Source: Eledone cirrhosa (lineage: Eukaryota). From it: a DNA stretch of 64,000 nt. The stretch covers positions 304,172,001 to 304,236,000 of the forward strand of contig OZ024740.1 of the NCBI GenBank assembly GCA_964016885.1. Reading direction: 5' to 3'. A model generated the notes under the pieces. That model was not told the DNA's origin, did no database searches, and saw only the letters and a program-made list of their open reading frames with translations. The position numbers and the translations under genes are program-made. Below, piece by piece: positions 13,335 through 27,811 of this stretch (within the stretch, counting starts at the first letter, position 1; each line of letters begins with the position of its first letter).

Positions 13335-13818
13335 CTAGCATAAAAACCACCCTTCGGGTGGTTTTCTGCTAGCATGTGTAATGTGTATGTTGATATTATA
13401 CGCAGGTATATATACATGTAGATATGATACATCAAATAAAATCGTAATTGACAATATATAATACATAGAAATTGAACTAAGACTGTGTTACACTGTCTTA
13501 TTTAATCAGTAACGAAATCCATAATACATTAAAAAAGACGATATTATATATAAACTGCATTAGGAGAAAATTAGTGACAGAAAATTAGTATGTTTATTTA
13601 AGCGATTGCCACCAGAAGTGTTGACATTTCAGAAATTTTAAAGAAGTGAATTTTTAAATAAACAAAATATATTTAATCAACAGCCACGAAATTTAGTAGA
13701 TAAATTATGTAATATTCACTCATTATTTATTCAAAGTAATCCAACTTATTTTACTAATGGGATAAAAAAATTATAAACCGTACGCAGTCCTGCACTCCTT
13801 ACTTTATTATAGTTTAGA
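13335..13818 (-). mobile_element. Non-autonomous Helitron
   Basis: Minus strand starts A|TCTAAACTATAATAAAG and ends hairpin + CTAG|T; inserted between A and T with no TSD. Confidence 0.8.
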
Positions 13819-14504
13819 TGGTACTGAAAGGGTTATGGAAAGGATGTCAGTCTATTACAATGTATCTATCAACAGTTGATCGACAAGATCCCAGAACTTA
13901 TTCGCTTAATGAGTGGGATGGAGCTCGTCCAATTGGACTGAGGAAACAATGTTTCCATTGGTCTTTCCAATTGCTAATACTCTCTGTCGGACGCAAATCC
14001 AGGCAGAAGGAGCAATGTGAAATAAAATGTCTTGCTCAAGGACATAACACATCACCTGGTCTGGGAATCAAAACCACAACCTCACAATTGCGAATCCAAT
14101 TCTCTAACCACTCAGCCGTGCACCTCCACACTACAGTGAATATCATGATAAATATGGTAATGACAGGGTTAAGGAAGGGATGTCACTACAATGTATATCA
14201 TGATAAATATGGTAATGACAGGGTTAAGGAAGGGATGTCAGTTTACTACAGATATTATTTCTAGATGATATGGTACTTATTATCTTTAGCTTGTTGAACT
14301 GAATCAATGTAGAATTAAAGTGTTCTGTCCAGAAACTCAATGAAATACTTGCAGTAGGTTGGAACTTATGAACTCTGTGCAGGTATTCCAATTCCTTTTG
14401 GACTCGGCCATCTCTCCATAACAACTGACAGTAACCAAATTATTAGTTTTGTAGTGTATATTGTTCAATGAGAAATACATTTATTGTGTCTCTTTATTCA
14501 ACAG

Positions 14505-14615
14505 AATTGCATGGCACCCTGAATATGGTCAGTATATGCTGGAAGGAACTCCTGGAAGTCCCTTTGGATGTCTGATGGCTCACTTAAATTTAGTTGAGGC
14601 AAACATGAAGCTAAG
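14505..14615 (+). CDS. GCLC: Glutamate-cysteine ligase catalytic subunit, internal exon ([37 protein letters not shown])
   Basis: Manual translation matches the conserved GCLC W-x-PEYGxYMxEGTPG motif; acceptor ttcaacag and donor gtaaag; phase 2/2. Confidence 0.93.
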
Positions 14616-15398
14616 GTAAAGCATTCATTTTTTTAAATATTCTAAATCAATTGATTTTTCTTTTTCTATTATTTTGAATGTCAGACAACATGCTTTGCAG
14701 CATATAGTTACGTCCCTTTACATTCTGAGTTCAAAATCCCGACACGGTTAGCTTTGCCTTTCATCGCTACAGGGTTGATAAAATAAAATACCAGTAATGT
14801 GCTGGAGTCAATTTAATCGACTTTACCCTCCCCCCAAATTGTTGGCCTTGTGCCTAAATCAGTAACCATTATTTTGAATGCATTCAACATTTTTCTTTCC
14901 TTCTGTTTTTCATCCTTCCTTTCTACATATTTTTTCCTTTCCTTCCTTTTTTCTTCTAATTCTTTGATTTATTGAAATATACCCAAATTTATAAGAGAGT
15001 AAATGTGTACTCTTGGGTCATGAATAATTCACTCCCTACTATTAATTTTTCAGATTTTTTCCACTCCCCCTTGCTTATTCCTAACCCCCTCCCGCTTATT
15101 GAATTTTGCTAATCCATCTCTGCCTAAAATTTTTCTTAAGACATTAAAAAACATTATACATGAAAAAAAAACAGAATATTACAAGAAATCTCGTACGTTA
15201 TAAAATAAATAGGATGGGTTGGAGTCTCAATATATAATCTAAATGACGATTTCTGATTTAAAAACAAATCAACGGAGACAATCTAGAAAAATTACCGATT
15301 CCTCCCTTTGTTTATTCCGGATACAACCGGTTTAAATGCTAAAGGGTTAAATTAACATTTTTATAATTACCTGGAAATCATTTATGAAAATGTACTGA

Positions 15399-16460
15399 TC
15401 ATAGTGAAGGATGGAATTGTATTGAAAGTGTGTTGGAAAAGGTGATTGTTAATGGTTGCCTCCACCAGTTTTTGAGATGTTGGAAATGAGAGGGCTTGTC
15501 TTTCTTAGGGATGGGGTATACGATAGCATGTTTCCAGAGAAAGAGAGAGTGAGATTGATGGATATAAAGAGTGGGGGAAGCACTGGGGCATTGTTTAATG
15601 GAAAGGACATTCTCAAGGAGTAGTGACTTTTTTGGTTTGAAGTGACTGGGCATGCTTTAACACTTGGTGTCTATGTGTACATGGTAGGGAGTTTAGCAGA
15701 ATGGAGCATGATAGTTTTGAAAGAGATTTAACAAGTGTGAGCAATGGGGAGTTGGATGTAAAGTATTCTTGGGTCCCATATAATAGAGGGGGGGGGGGTC
15801 GGTAATTTTTCTAGGTTGTTTCTCTTGATTATTTTAAAAACCAGAATTAGTCGTTTAGTTTACATATTGAGACTCCAGCCTATCCTATTTATTTTATAAC
15901 ATATGAGATTTCTAGTAATGTTCTTTTTTGTCATGTACAATGTTTTTTAATTGTCACAGGCATGCTACAACTTAAAATAAAATTTTGTTGGAGATAGATT
16001 AGCAAAACTTAATAAGTGGGGTGGGTGGGTAGAATAAGAGCAGGGGAGTGGTGGAAAAATTAATAAGGGGGGTGGATTATTTGAGACCCGAGAGTAGGCA
16101 ACAAATATGGAGTGTTTATCAGCAAGAGGAACTGTTGAAGCAGATGGTAGGAAGTTCCACAAACTTAATTTCAGTAACCCACTTAACTGTCTCTTATTGT
16201 TCAGGGATGAAACACGTGTACTTGCAGAGATAGTTAATATGGAGCTCCAAGCAGTCAGCTGATTTGAAGTGCTATGGGAAGTAAAAGGATGGATGTTGTG
16301 TATTGTGTTGTGGTGGATAGCTAAGATCAGGCAGTTATTGTTACTGGATGACCTAATAAGGATGCTTTGTAGATGCTAGATGTGGAGATGAGCTGCAGTA
16401 TTTAGAGTGGTTGTATGTTGATCAGGGATGCATGGAGGAAATGAAAGTAATTGTTGTAAA
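15399..16460 (-). mobile_element. Degraded CR1/L2-like LINE RT fragment interrupted by a MITE (15763-16096)
   Basis: WKHAIVYPIPKKDKPS segment typical of LINE RT domain 1. Confidence 0.55.
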
Positions 16461-17414
16461 GGTTGGTTTCTTCACTGATGGTCATGACAAAAAGCACCCT
16501 GTCCACACTGTAAGATGGTTGTGTAGGTGTCACAACAAAAAGCATCCAGTCCCTGTTGTAAGGCGGTCAGGTGTGTGTCACAACGAAAAGCATCCAGTCG
16601 ACATTGTAAGGTGGTCGTCTGCCTGGCTATATTTTTCAAAATTTCAAACAACTGATCTTATAGGAGCTATCTCCCTTGCTTCTTTGTAAAAAGATACCAC
16701 CTCACTGCCTCCCAAGACAGAATTATTGTCTACTAATTGCTCAATGTTTATTAACTCGCCATATTATGTTTCTGAGAACCTACCATGTTTATATATATAT
16801 ACAGGGCATCCAGCTGTAGAAATCAAGCCAGAATCAGTTCCTGTCCCACCCTTGCAAGCAGGGAAAAGCGGACGTAAAATGATGATGATGAATGATGATG
16901 ATACACACACGCACATATCATCATCATCATCATCATCATCATCATTGTTTAACGGTCATGCAGAACTGTTTCTGTGGTCACGTTGGTGACACAACAAAAA
17001 TCACCCAGCCCACACTGTAAAATATAGTTTGTGTATAACAGATAACAAAATAAAATAAAAGATTTTTGTTACAAAAAATAAAATAAAAATAAAAATGATA
17101 ATCTGCTGCTCAAAGATTTCCGTAGACATTTGAGGGAATTGTTCTTGATTATTGCCAGTGTGAGAACACACTTTCAAAAAATGTCACCACCTTTGTTCTA
17201 AATTGTCCAAATATTTTGCTCAATTAATCTTATTGTAGTTATGTCATTTGATTATTTTGAAATTTCAAAAATCCCTAGGAGTTTTTATCTAATAATTACA
17301 TGGGTAATCTCAGTTGATCGAAGTTCTTCAACTCACTTTTGTTACATATGTGAGGTCCTACAGTGTTTGTATTTAGTCTGTAAAATGGTCCTCTGAGATA
17401 TTTGTGTATATGTA

Positions 17415-17451
<37 letters not shown>

Positions 17452-17455
<4 letters not shown>

Positions 17456-20400
17456 TCATCATTATCATTGTTTAACGTCTATCTTCCACGCTAGCATGGG
17501 TTTAGACGGGAATTGTCCTACTTGAGGCAAGATTGGTCGAGTGACCGTGTCTCGCTCGTATAGGACTGTGTGGCAGGTTTTCTATGGCTGGATGCCCTTC
17601 CTAACACCAACCACGTTTACAGTGTGGACTGGGAGGTTTTTACCGTGTTACCTACACGGCCACATTACAGCGTGGACTGTGTGTTTTTTTTTTTTGTGAC
17701 ACCTACATGACCTCGATCTCATTTATTTTAGACTGGATGTTGGGGTACCAATATAACTTTACGGAAAAAGGATGGCGTTGGTGGGAGTGTGTGTGTGTGT
17801 GTGGGGGGGGTATATATTTGGTTAAGAGGTGCCTACTGACTCTAGGTTTCGCTTTGTACATAGGCAAGGCGGGTCTTCTGTATTACTGCGTAACGCCAAA
17901 GATCTCGGTCCAGTGACATTATCTTAGAGAGGTGCAAGTGTGTAAGGTCGGAATTTATCAAATCGTCCCAGGTTTTTCTGAGTCTACCTACTCCGTAATT
18001 TCCATCAATTTTGATCGCCCTGCATGTTTTTATACAACTGTCGTCTTTCATGCACATCACGTGACCATACCAACGTAGTCTTCTCTCAAGTAAATAGCAT
18101 CTGATCCCTCTTATTCCTAATTTCTCACTTAGTTCATTTATGCTTTGCCATTCGCGTATATTACTATTACACATCCAATGGAGCATGGATGCTTCGTTCC
18201 TCTCCAGTCTGCGTATATCCTCTGCACGCAAAGCCCATGTCTCACTACCATGTAACATGCTGTTTATATGCAGGCATCATACAGTCTGCCTTTCATTTTT
18301 AGAGAGAAACCTTTAGTGGCCAATAGTGGTATAAATTCTCTGAACTTTTCCCATCTGACTCTGGCTACTGTACTTTCAGAGCACCCTCCACCACTTCTTA
18401 TTTTGTCACCCAGGTAACGGAAGGAGTCCACTATTTCTATAGAACCATCTAGACAATAGAAGGAGTTAGTATCCTGTGGACGCTTGCTACTTATTGCACC
18501 TGAGCATTGGCCACATATAAAATCTACGTTCTTAGATAGCTTACCTGTGATTCCACTACATCTTTTATGCACCCATACTTTGCATTTGGGACATAATATG
18601 GAATTTCTATCTACTCCTTTCCTACACACTGAGCATGGCCATTTCCCAGAGGGTACCTGTGCCCTATTTTCCTTTCTACATACTAGAACTTTAGTCTTAT
18701 ACATGTTAACTTTAAGGCCTTTTGATTCTAGGCCATGCTTCCATGTTTGGAATTTCTTCTCTAGTTCAGCCATCGATTCAGCTATGAGGGTTAGATCATC
18801 TGCGTATAGGAGTTCCCATGGACAGCCGGTCTTGAACTCCTCTGTTATAGCCTAAAGGGCAATAATAAATAGGAGGGGCTAAGGACAGAGCCTTGATGAA
18901 CACCAATTTTTACGCTAAATTCTTCACTATATTCATTGTTAATTCTAACCTTGCTGACTGTTTTTATACATGGCTTGTATAGCTCTCACAAGCCATTCAT
19001 CAACACCTAGTTTTCTAAGAGCCCACCAGATAATGGAGCGGGACTCTGTCAAAGGCTTTCTCCAAGTCAACAAAAGCTAAGTATAGGGGTTTACTTTTAT
19101 CTAGGTACTTCTCCTGTAGTTGTCGTACAAGGAAAAGAGCGTCCGTGGTACTTTTACCTGACACAAACCCAAACTGAATTTCATCTAGATCAATTCACTC
19201 TCTGATTAGTTGCGCTATAACTCTTTCTGTGACCTTCATGATCTGGTCAACTAATTTAATGCCTCTATAGTTTCCCCTATCTAGGGCATCTCCTTTACCC
19301 GTGTAGCAGTTAATGATGATGCTGCTACACCAGTCATTTGGTATGACCCCATTCTGTATGACTTGGTTTACTATATGGGTAACCATAGTGTGTCCCACCA
19401 TTCCAGATGCTTTCAGCATTTCAGGAACTATCTCCGAAGGCCTAGCTGCATTGCCTGTCTTCATATCTTTGATTGCCTTACTTATTATACTACCTTTAAC
19501 TTGCCCTGCTGGTCCCTCTATTGGATTGATTTGGGGCAGACTATCTTTTTCCCATTTATTCTCCTCATTTAGAAGTCTCCCGTAGTGACACTTCCAAGCT
19601 ACCTTCTTATCAGCGTCAGTGATGGCAAGTACACCATCATCATTAAGGACACACTTCTCCCCGACAATATCACGGTTTTCCTTGACACATTGCCTAGCAA
19701 TCCTGAACACCTCACGTTTTGGGTCCTCGTGTTGTAGAACATTCTTGAACTTTTTTTCCTCTGCTTCCCTTCTTGCGAAGTACACTTGTCTCCTAGCTTC
19801 CCTCCTGGCCACTTGATAGTCTTCTCTACTTCCCCCATCCCGCCATACTTTCCAAACCTGCTTTTTAACCTTGATTGACTCCTCCACCTTACTGTTCCAT
19901 CACCAAGTTACTCTCCTCCTGCCTATAGGTCTGCTCCAGCCACAGATTTCATCTGTTGCCTTCAGCAGGTTAACTTTCAGGAAAGCCCACTGTTCCTCTA
20001 TATTATACGTCTCTAATTGCTGTTCCTTACTGTCAAAAGCATCAAGTAATATGCTTTTAAATTTGTTACTGGCTGTGGGGTCCTTTAACTTCCATATTCT
20101 TCTTCTCAGGGTAGTCCCTCTCTGTTGTCGAGTATGTCTAGTCCTGACTATGAGGTCACTAACTATGAGGCCATGTTGGGAGGTGCATTCTTCATGGGGG
20201 AGGGATTTAGTATTTACGACAGACACTATCACATCTTCTGGTAAGGATATAATCTATCTGACTGGCGTGTTCCCCTGATCTATAGGTGATCAAGTGATTG
20301 TCTCATTTTTTGAAGTTTGTGTTACAGATAGTTAGGTTATTAGCGTCACAGAATTCCAGGATTCTGAAGCTTTCCTCATTTCTAGTACCAAACCCATAAC

Positions 20401-21505
20401 CTCCATGGACTCCGTCATAGCCGTCACAATGTTGTCCAACATGACCATTTAGGTCACCAGCAATAATTATGTAGTCACTGTCGGTTATTTGGGAGGTAGT
20501 GAGCATTAGCGACTCGTAAAATCTGTCTTCTATAATGACAGGTAGTCCAGATTGGGGTGCATAAGCAGATAACAATAGTTCTGTTTAGGGCTAGTCTTAT
20601 TTTAATTATTCAGTCGTTCACTCTATTTACAGCAATTACCTTATCTACTCATTTTTCTGCTAACATGATTCCTACTCCACCCAGCCCATTATCATTTCCC
20701 ATCCAGAAAAGTTTATAGCATCGTTTTTTACCCCCAATGAATCTAGCAGACCCACCCCTCCATCTAGTCTCTTGAACACAACAAATATCAACTTCCTTAC
20801 GTTCAAGCATCTCTACAACCTCATTTGAGCGACATTTTAAGGTGCCTACAGTCATGGTACCAACTCTGAAGTTTTGGATTTCGTTGGGTGGATGGAAGGG
20901 ATGGGTTGGAGGCGTAAGGAGGGGGGATGGGGTTATGTTAGCCATCCGTGTCTGAAATGAAGAGGAGTCCTTGCATTCTCATCTGGCAACAGGAGGTGAA
21001 TTTATCTTTATCTTTGACATTGACATTGACATTGAGTGTTCACATTCTTCAGACTCTCCAAATCCCGTATTCCATCTAGCATATCGACAAAGGAGTGATA
21101 GCCGAGGCAGTGGTTTTGTGAAAGAGATTCGGAAGAGAAACATATTATAAGCCACTGAATTATGATTGGACCAAATAGTAATGGTGGGGTGGGGGGGAGG
21201 GAAATGGGAAGGTTAATGAGCAGATTAATTTTTCTGAGGGTCCTACAGATTCGACCATAATTATGAGAAGTTAAACGAGAAGTTTAATATAAATACCGAT
21301 AGGTAATTGGACCAGGGATGTTGGAAAGACAAGAAAATGAAGTGAAAATACATTACATTTCTCAGCACAACAATTCGGCAACAGTAAGGATTCGACCGAT
21401 TTTGAGTTCATCAACTCACGACAGATTTATTTTATATTTGCTGAGAGAGAGGGCGGGGAAGAGAAAACTTGTAAGTATATAAACGATGTATGGGGGAGAC
21501 AGAGG
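17452..21505 (-). mobile_element. Near full-length RTE LINE (5'UTR, AP endonuclease, RT, PHD), frameshifted
   Basis: ATG at 20945; APE motifs VQETRW, SAYAP, GDLNGHVG, SQH; RT motifs; (GAT)n tail abutting a (TA)n run; 5' boundary approximate. Confidence 0.93.
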
Positions 21506-21712
21506 GATATATATATTCTCTGTACTATACATGCACCTTTGATGAGTTGTAGTGCACTTGAGCACTGTACACAATAATTTCATTATTATATATATATATA
21601 TGTGTATGTATATATATATATGTATATGTATAGAGAGAGAGAAACAAACAGTAAGTCACAGAATATCTATTTGTGGTTTCATTAAGTAAAATGTCTATTT
21701 TTGTATTTACAG

Positions 21713-21778
21713 GCGTGAGAATATTCGCAAATTATTGAAGGACGGAGAAAGTATAGCTTGTATAACTGCTTTCCCCAG
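21713..21778 (+). CDS. GCLC: GCLC exon (RENIRKLLKDGESIACITAFPR)
   Basis: tttacag|...ccccag|gtaagg; matches GCLC CTITSFPR; phase fits both neighbours. Confidence 0.9.
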
Positions 21779-21904
21779 GTAAGGTATGCATCAAAGCTGC
21801 AATCATTTTGATTTGTTGGATTTATTTATTTATGCTTTGGTCTGGTGTTGCTGTGTTTGTTGCTTTCTTAGAACATTGTGATTTTGTAAGTAGCTACTTG
21901 GATG

Positions 21905-22256
21905 TACTCTCAGGTCTCAAATAATAAGGGGAGGTTGGAATAAGCAGGGTGGAGGGGATCGATAATTTTGTTACCCTTGATTTTTTTTTTAAAAACTAGA
22001 ATTAGTTATTTAGTTTACATATTGAGATCCCAACCCATTCTATTTATTTTATAACGTATGGGATTTCTAGTAATGAACTTTTTTTGTGATGTATGTTTTT
22101 TAATGTCTAAAGAAAAGTTAACTGTCGCAGGAATGCTACCACTTAAAATAAAATTTTGCCAGAGGGTCTGTTGGAATAAGAGCAGGGGGTGGTGTGGAAA
22201 AAATCTAAAAAATTAATAAATGGGGGGGGGGGGAGATTATTTGAGACCCTAGAGTA
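21905..22256. mobile_element. TA-flanked MITE (Tc1/mariner-pogo type); related copies ~15008-15340, 15763-16096, 42032-42250, 50669-50997
   Basis: TIR TACTCTCAGGTCTCAAATAAT ... ATTATTTGAGACCCTAGAGTA; shared internal sequence among copies. Confidence 0.75.
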
Positions 22257-23237
22257 CACTATATGCAAATACACCAACAGTGCTTCTTGCTTTATACTTT
22301 CAGCTTAGGGATTATAGGCTCATATATATGGCATTTATTTAATCTAGTGTAACATAGCATAATCTAGTGGATTAGCACATAGCTATAGTGGACAGTTAAG
22401 ACTATCTTGTTGTAGTGGTCAGTTGTAGTGGACACAGGAAGAAGCATCAGAAATATCACCTTTACTTATATAGGAACAATGTTTTAAACTGCTTGCATGC
22501 CTTTTTCGTCTGTGTATATGTATGCATTTGCATGTGCATGCTTTTGTGTTTGCATGTGCATTCATGACTGCCTGCTTCTAACACTGCCTATGCATGCCTG
22601 AGAACATGTCGTTATTCCTGACGTTTTGTGATGTTAGATGGGTGTGGCATGTGACACTTGTGTGTCACCAGCTGATGATACTGGTTCACCAAAAGTATTG
22701 TACCAGTTCACTGAATGATAAAGTTGTTGTACAGTAGAAATTGGTAGAGATAGGCTGTAGGTTGCCAGGGTTAGTGACCTAATGAACTATTTATACATAA
22801 CTAAATATGGTAGGCTTTTGTTGTCTTTATGTACAGGGGAAATGGACTATTGAAGGCGGTGAATTGGCAGAGTTGTACAAATGCTGGAGCAAATGATTTG
22901 CGATATACATTTTGGTTTTCTTCTCTCTGAGTTCACATCCCACTGAGGTCAACTTTTCCTTTCATCCTTTCAAGGTTGATAAATAAAGTACCCAAGTAGT
23001 ACTGGGGTCAATTCTTCCTTTATATCTCTATTACTTCCTCTCTATTATTCACTCTGTCTTATTCTGTGGAAGAAATTTGCTGTGTTCTGACTTGAAGAGG
23101 GTTGGGCTCCATCTGGTTAAAATGCTCAGACCATATCACATATATTGATGGTGGCTCTACAGCCCATCAGGTGTTAAGGGCCTATGGCATCAAAAATTAT
23201 TTATAGTTAGGATATGATGAGGTTGAATGATGTTTAA

Positions 23238-23453
23238 CCCTTTAGCATTTAAACTGGCCGTATCCAGCCAAAATTCTCTCACCTCTTTCTGTTCAAACCG
23301 GCAACAACCAGCTACTCATACTTATCTTACGGTATTGTTCTCAAAATAAATAATATAAAAATCTCATAAATTCGATATTATGTGAGATAATTATGTAAGA
23401 TAAAACCTTTACCTTTACAATAGTAAATATAGAGTAATGTAAATGCTAAAGGG
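23238..23453. mobile_element. TTAA-flanked piggyBac-type MITE
   Basis: TTAA|CCCTTTAGCATTT ... AAATGCTAAAGGG|TTAA. Confidence 0.85.
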
Positions 23454-25059
23454 TTAATCTGATTATTTCCTTCAAATTTCTCTAAACATAGAAAACCTAC
23501 TCTCTTCCTAATCTCTCAGTTGTTCAGTTTCGAAAATTCACATTATTAGAACTTTGATGTTCTCTTTTATTCTATAACATTTATCTATGAACCACTAGGT
23601 AAGTGTTAGCTATTTCTACAATAAAAAGCTCCACTTAACATCCAGCTGCAGATGTTGAAGATGAATATGTGACTAAATTATATATAAAACCTGTTAAACT
23701 GCTCAACCAAAAAGCACGAGTCATGTGTATTTTACAACTAGATGAACTGAGAGCCAAAATGTTGGAGGTTGTTGATACACTCTGTCGTTCCAATTGCTGT
23801 TAAACTGTGAAAATGAAATAAACCTAGGAAAAACTTTCTTCTTCGCCTTTATCATTAATAACCTTGTGGCTCTATAACAATTGTATCCAGAACTAGATAT
23901 ACAAGCATAAAGATAGTGTAAAACTATCACAATGGCACAGTGTCTGTGAGGATATGTATGACATAACTTATAGCAATTATGTTGAGCCTTTGAACAAGGT
24001 ATGTAACTCTGCTTGTTCCAATTTGACTGACTGAACAGAACACAAGCTTCACTCCCCATTTCACAGCTAAAAACAAATAAATTAATCTACCCATGTAAGT
24101 ATAGTATAATGAATATTATAATAGATGAATAAAATATCAATATTAAACTTTTGTCTTGTTTTAGCTCTAAGTAGAGAATTTGTTTAAAATAGTTATGATT
24201 ATTATAATTTCAACCAGGAGTTGCGACCAGTAGATAGTATCAACAATGGAAAGACCAATGGAAACATTGTTTCCTTGGTCTGATTTGACGAGTTCCACTC
24301 TACGTAATAAACAAATGAGGTCTGGGACCTTGTCAATCGATCAATCATAATAATGTAAGGGTAGCCTATTGTCTCTGGAGACAATACTTTGAATTAGGAA
24401 TGGTGTTACACTACTGATTCTAAACATAAAGATTAATGAAGTTCAGTGGTTATCTAGGGATATTGAGATTAAAGCCTAAAGTTAACATTTATGAAAAAGG
24501 AAATCGTCGTCATCACCACAATCATCATCATCAGCTTTTATAATTTGCATGTGAAATGTGGTTTACAATACAACAGCCATCATGTCTCTATCTGAAATAC
24601 TGTGATAGTACACCATGTGTTCACTCTCTTAACACATTGATGCTGTTTCCAGCTGCACTGTAATAGGTTTTACTGTGTTTTATATTTCTTTAATTACTGA
24701 CTACTCTTCCTAATGTCAACTGCTGTGAAATATATGTCTGACCACTGTCATGACCAGTGGAATATATATTTCTGCTGTCCATTGGAAGACTTGTATATTA
24801 TATTGTCAAGTCAAATATCTAAGTAATGTCTTTTTTCTTGTTCTTTAGATTTAACTGATAAATCAATGGAAAATGGAATTGCTTGGCAAACATTAAACTA
24901 ATCTTTATGAAAATTGGGATTAGTATTTCTTAGTAATTTAGACTAAAAGACGGTATTTCAGATTGAAATTATCCTTATTTCAGTCTTGAAGATGAGTGTA
25001 TGACTGTGGACTTGATGTTTTTTGTTTGTCAATTTTATTTCTGATCCTCATATTTTTAG

Positions 25060-25176
25060 AATTGGTTGCCCTAATTTCACTTATCCATCTTACAAACCAA
25101 ATCCCACACCTTCAGGGAGCTCCAGTTCTCTCTTCTTTCCTGATGAAGCTATCCATTCAAGCCATCCTCGATTCAG
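25060..25176 (+). CDS. GCLC: GCLC exon (IGCPNFTYPSYKPNPTPSGSSSSLFFPDEAIHSSHPRF)
   Basis: tttttag|...ttcag|gtaagt; SLFFPDEAI..HPRF motif. Confidence 0.93.
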
Positions 25177-25339
25177 GTAAGTTATTTACTATAAGAAATA
25201 TTTGAGTGAGTGTGTGTGTTAGTAATAACAAAGCTAAACTTGGATACTGTGATACTAACAAGCACAAAGACTTCCCTGTGACCATACAGTGGCTAAATTG
25301 ATGAATAATGTATTGAAGCATTGTGATTGTATAATGGTA

Positions 25340-25745
25340 CTATTAGTTGTTGTCCTATAACAACTGAGCCCATATCTTGTTTAACCAGCTTCGTTTTACC
25401 AATGATGCCATACCAGAAGTATCATGGGAATTTTATATCAGAGTCACTCCAGGTAGAGCCACTACTTCTCCAAATCGAGAGATCACAGCTCTGATATTAT
25501 GGGCTTGTGGTTAGAATGTCTCAAGAAAGAATTGCTGGACAGATTTTATGGGCAAAACCAACCAGCAGGAGACCCAGGGGTAGACCCCAAGCAAGATGGT
25601 TGGATAACATCCATGAGCTTGGCTGGTCTCGCTTGGGGATCCAGCAGGATCAGTTGGAGATGGTTGCTTATGACAGGATCTGCTGGAAAGAGTGTTTGAG
25701 GACTCTGCCCTTGCGACCCTTCCAGGAATAAATGGGCAAAGAAGA
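25340..25745 (+). mobile_element. 3' fragment of a second RTE family; minus-strand copies at ~32055-32290, 40265-40535, 53355-53590
   Basis: [32 protein letters not shown], a typical RTE C-terminus. Confidence 0.75.
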
Positions 25746-26148
25746 AGAGAATCATAGACATACAGCATCATATAGATGAGCATTGATGAAATTATCCATG
25801 GTCCCTGACCCTCAGCAATGAGGGTGAGAAGAGACCAGATCAGCATATCAATATATAATGTACCAGGCAATTGTTATCATTATCTTAACTTTAATCTTCA
25901 GTTTTTTTCCATACTGGTATGAGTCAGAGAGGTCTATTGTACAACATATCACTTGTTATCTTGATATTTTGTCTTTGAGGCCGAGTATCCTCATGTCTGA
26001 CCTCACCACTTCCTTTCCTGTTTTCCTTTGTCAATGTAGACACTGTATGGTTTTTCAGCCTGCTAGAAATAACAGAAAAATTTCTCTCAAATCCCACCCC
26101 ATGATTAAAAAAAAAAATACATTGGATAAAATAACCATACATATCTGG

Positions 26149-26180
<32 letters not shown>

Positions 26181-27009
26181 ATATGGTCATGCCTTGAATG
26201 AAATTTTATCCTAAGTCTGTTCAAGCAAAGTTGACCTACAGCTAGACAACAACTGTCATCATACAGCACTATTTCACCCATCACTCATCAGCCATTTACA
26301 TGGCATGTCTGTACAAGTGTATTTATTTCTCCTACATATATTAGCTGATGATTTTTAATGTCCAGTGCATTGTGTTCACCTTTCATGAATATGAATTGTG
26401 TGCAGTATTGCATGTATACAGCTAATAATATAGAGAATGTTATTTTTAATATTTTGTGTTGTTCTCATTTAGCCACAGATTAGCCTTCATTAACTCTTTT
26501 GACACTAATTCACCCAAAGCCAGCTCTAGTTCTATGAAACAAAGCCACTCATTTTTAAAGGGTTCCTATTTAAATTTTCCTACACAATTTTATGTAAGAG
26601 TTATATGTTAATTTTACTATCTTAGTAATGAAATTTCTCATTAATTAATTGAAATAGAGCGTATATCATTATAGATAATATCATGAAAGAGTTAAGCAGG
26701 TCTATAATCAAAAGTATTCCTATCTGACTATGTCCAATGTCTCCTTTTTTTAATATGGTAGATTAGAGTATAATTTGAGGGAATTTGATTGCTATTTATA
26801 GCAGATCAATTATCTTCATAGACGCTCCTCATATTTGCTATAATTTGTGGCCAAGAGATTAGTGATCCAAGCAGAGCTGGTAAGGGATGTTGTGGGTTAT
26901 TTAATCAGTGTTGACTAATTTCTATATTTTAGCTGAATGTTTCATTGTTATTAGTGTTATGTCTACTGTTATATATCTATGTATGATATATTGGTTATGG
27001 AGGCATTGT

Positions 27010-27300
27010 ATATCTATGTATTACATATCAGTTGTACAGCTATTCTATGCAATATCTATATATCTATGTACTATATGTAAGTTATAGAGCTATTCTATGC
27101 AATATCTATACATCTATGTACTATATGTAAGTTATAGAGCTATTCTATGTAATATCTATCTATATATCTATGTATGCTATGTCAGTTATGGAGGTCTTCT
27201 ATGTAATATTTATATATCTATGTACTATATCTAAATTATAGAGCTGTTCTATACAGTCTCTAGATATCTATCTATGTACTATATGTAAGTTATGAAGGTG
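27010..27300. repeat. Degenerate ~50-bp AT-rich minisatellite
   Basis: Recurrent tatatctatgtactatatgtaagttatagagctattctatg. Confidence 0.7.
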
Positions 27301-27752
27301 TATGTGTTGTCTAGACTTTAGTCTTTGGTATGTGTAGGGTATGGGTTATTAAGCAATATTTTTTTGAATCAGTTATGTGGATGTTAAAAATAAATTGCCA
27401 CTGTATTCTGATGGTGGATAAATGTAGAATTATCAATGTAACCGTGGATATGGGTGGTACTTATAATATTGTGGAAGACAAGTCTAACTTGTGTATTTTC
27501 ATGGTGCATTAGTTTTAAACCAGTAATATGATAATGGGTGGATAGGTGTAACAGCTATAATATGATGGAAGGCAGGTCTAACACATGTATTGTGATGGTG
27601 GGGGTAGGAGTGTCACCTGTACTCTGATGGTCAGTAGAAGTAGAACTGAGATGATGTCTGTGCTGTTGTCTATACAGTATCCAGTATTTTTCCTAACTGC
27701 CCTAGTTTATTCTCTGTGTCCGTCATCTTTCTATGTTGATTCTTTTATTAAG

Positions 27753-27811
27753 GACCCTCACCAAAAATGTTGTAATGAGGAGAAAAGAAAAAGTTGCTAT
27801 TAATATTCCTA
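27753..27811 (+). CDS. GCLC: GCLC exon (TLTKNVVMRRKEKVAINIP)
   Basis: ttattaag|...ccta|gtaagt; corresponds to TLTRNIRHRRGEKVVINVP; bridges phase 2 to phase 1. Confidence 0.9.

Noticed and set aside
7500-14500. Upstream GCLC exons (MGLL.., WGDEVEY)
   Set aside because: Could not be found by eye; probably upstream of the window, though a short exon may have been missed
22670-22725. CTGATGA...GAAT hammerhead-like string
   Set aside because: Core incomplete and no pairing stem I
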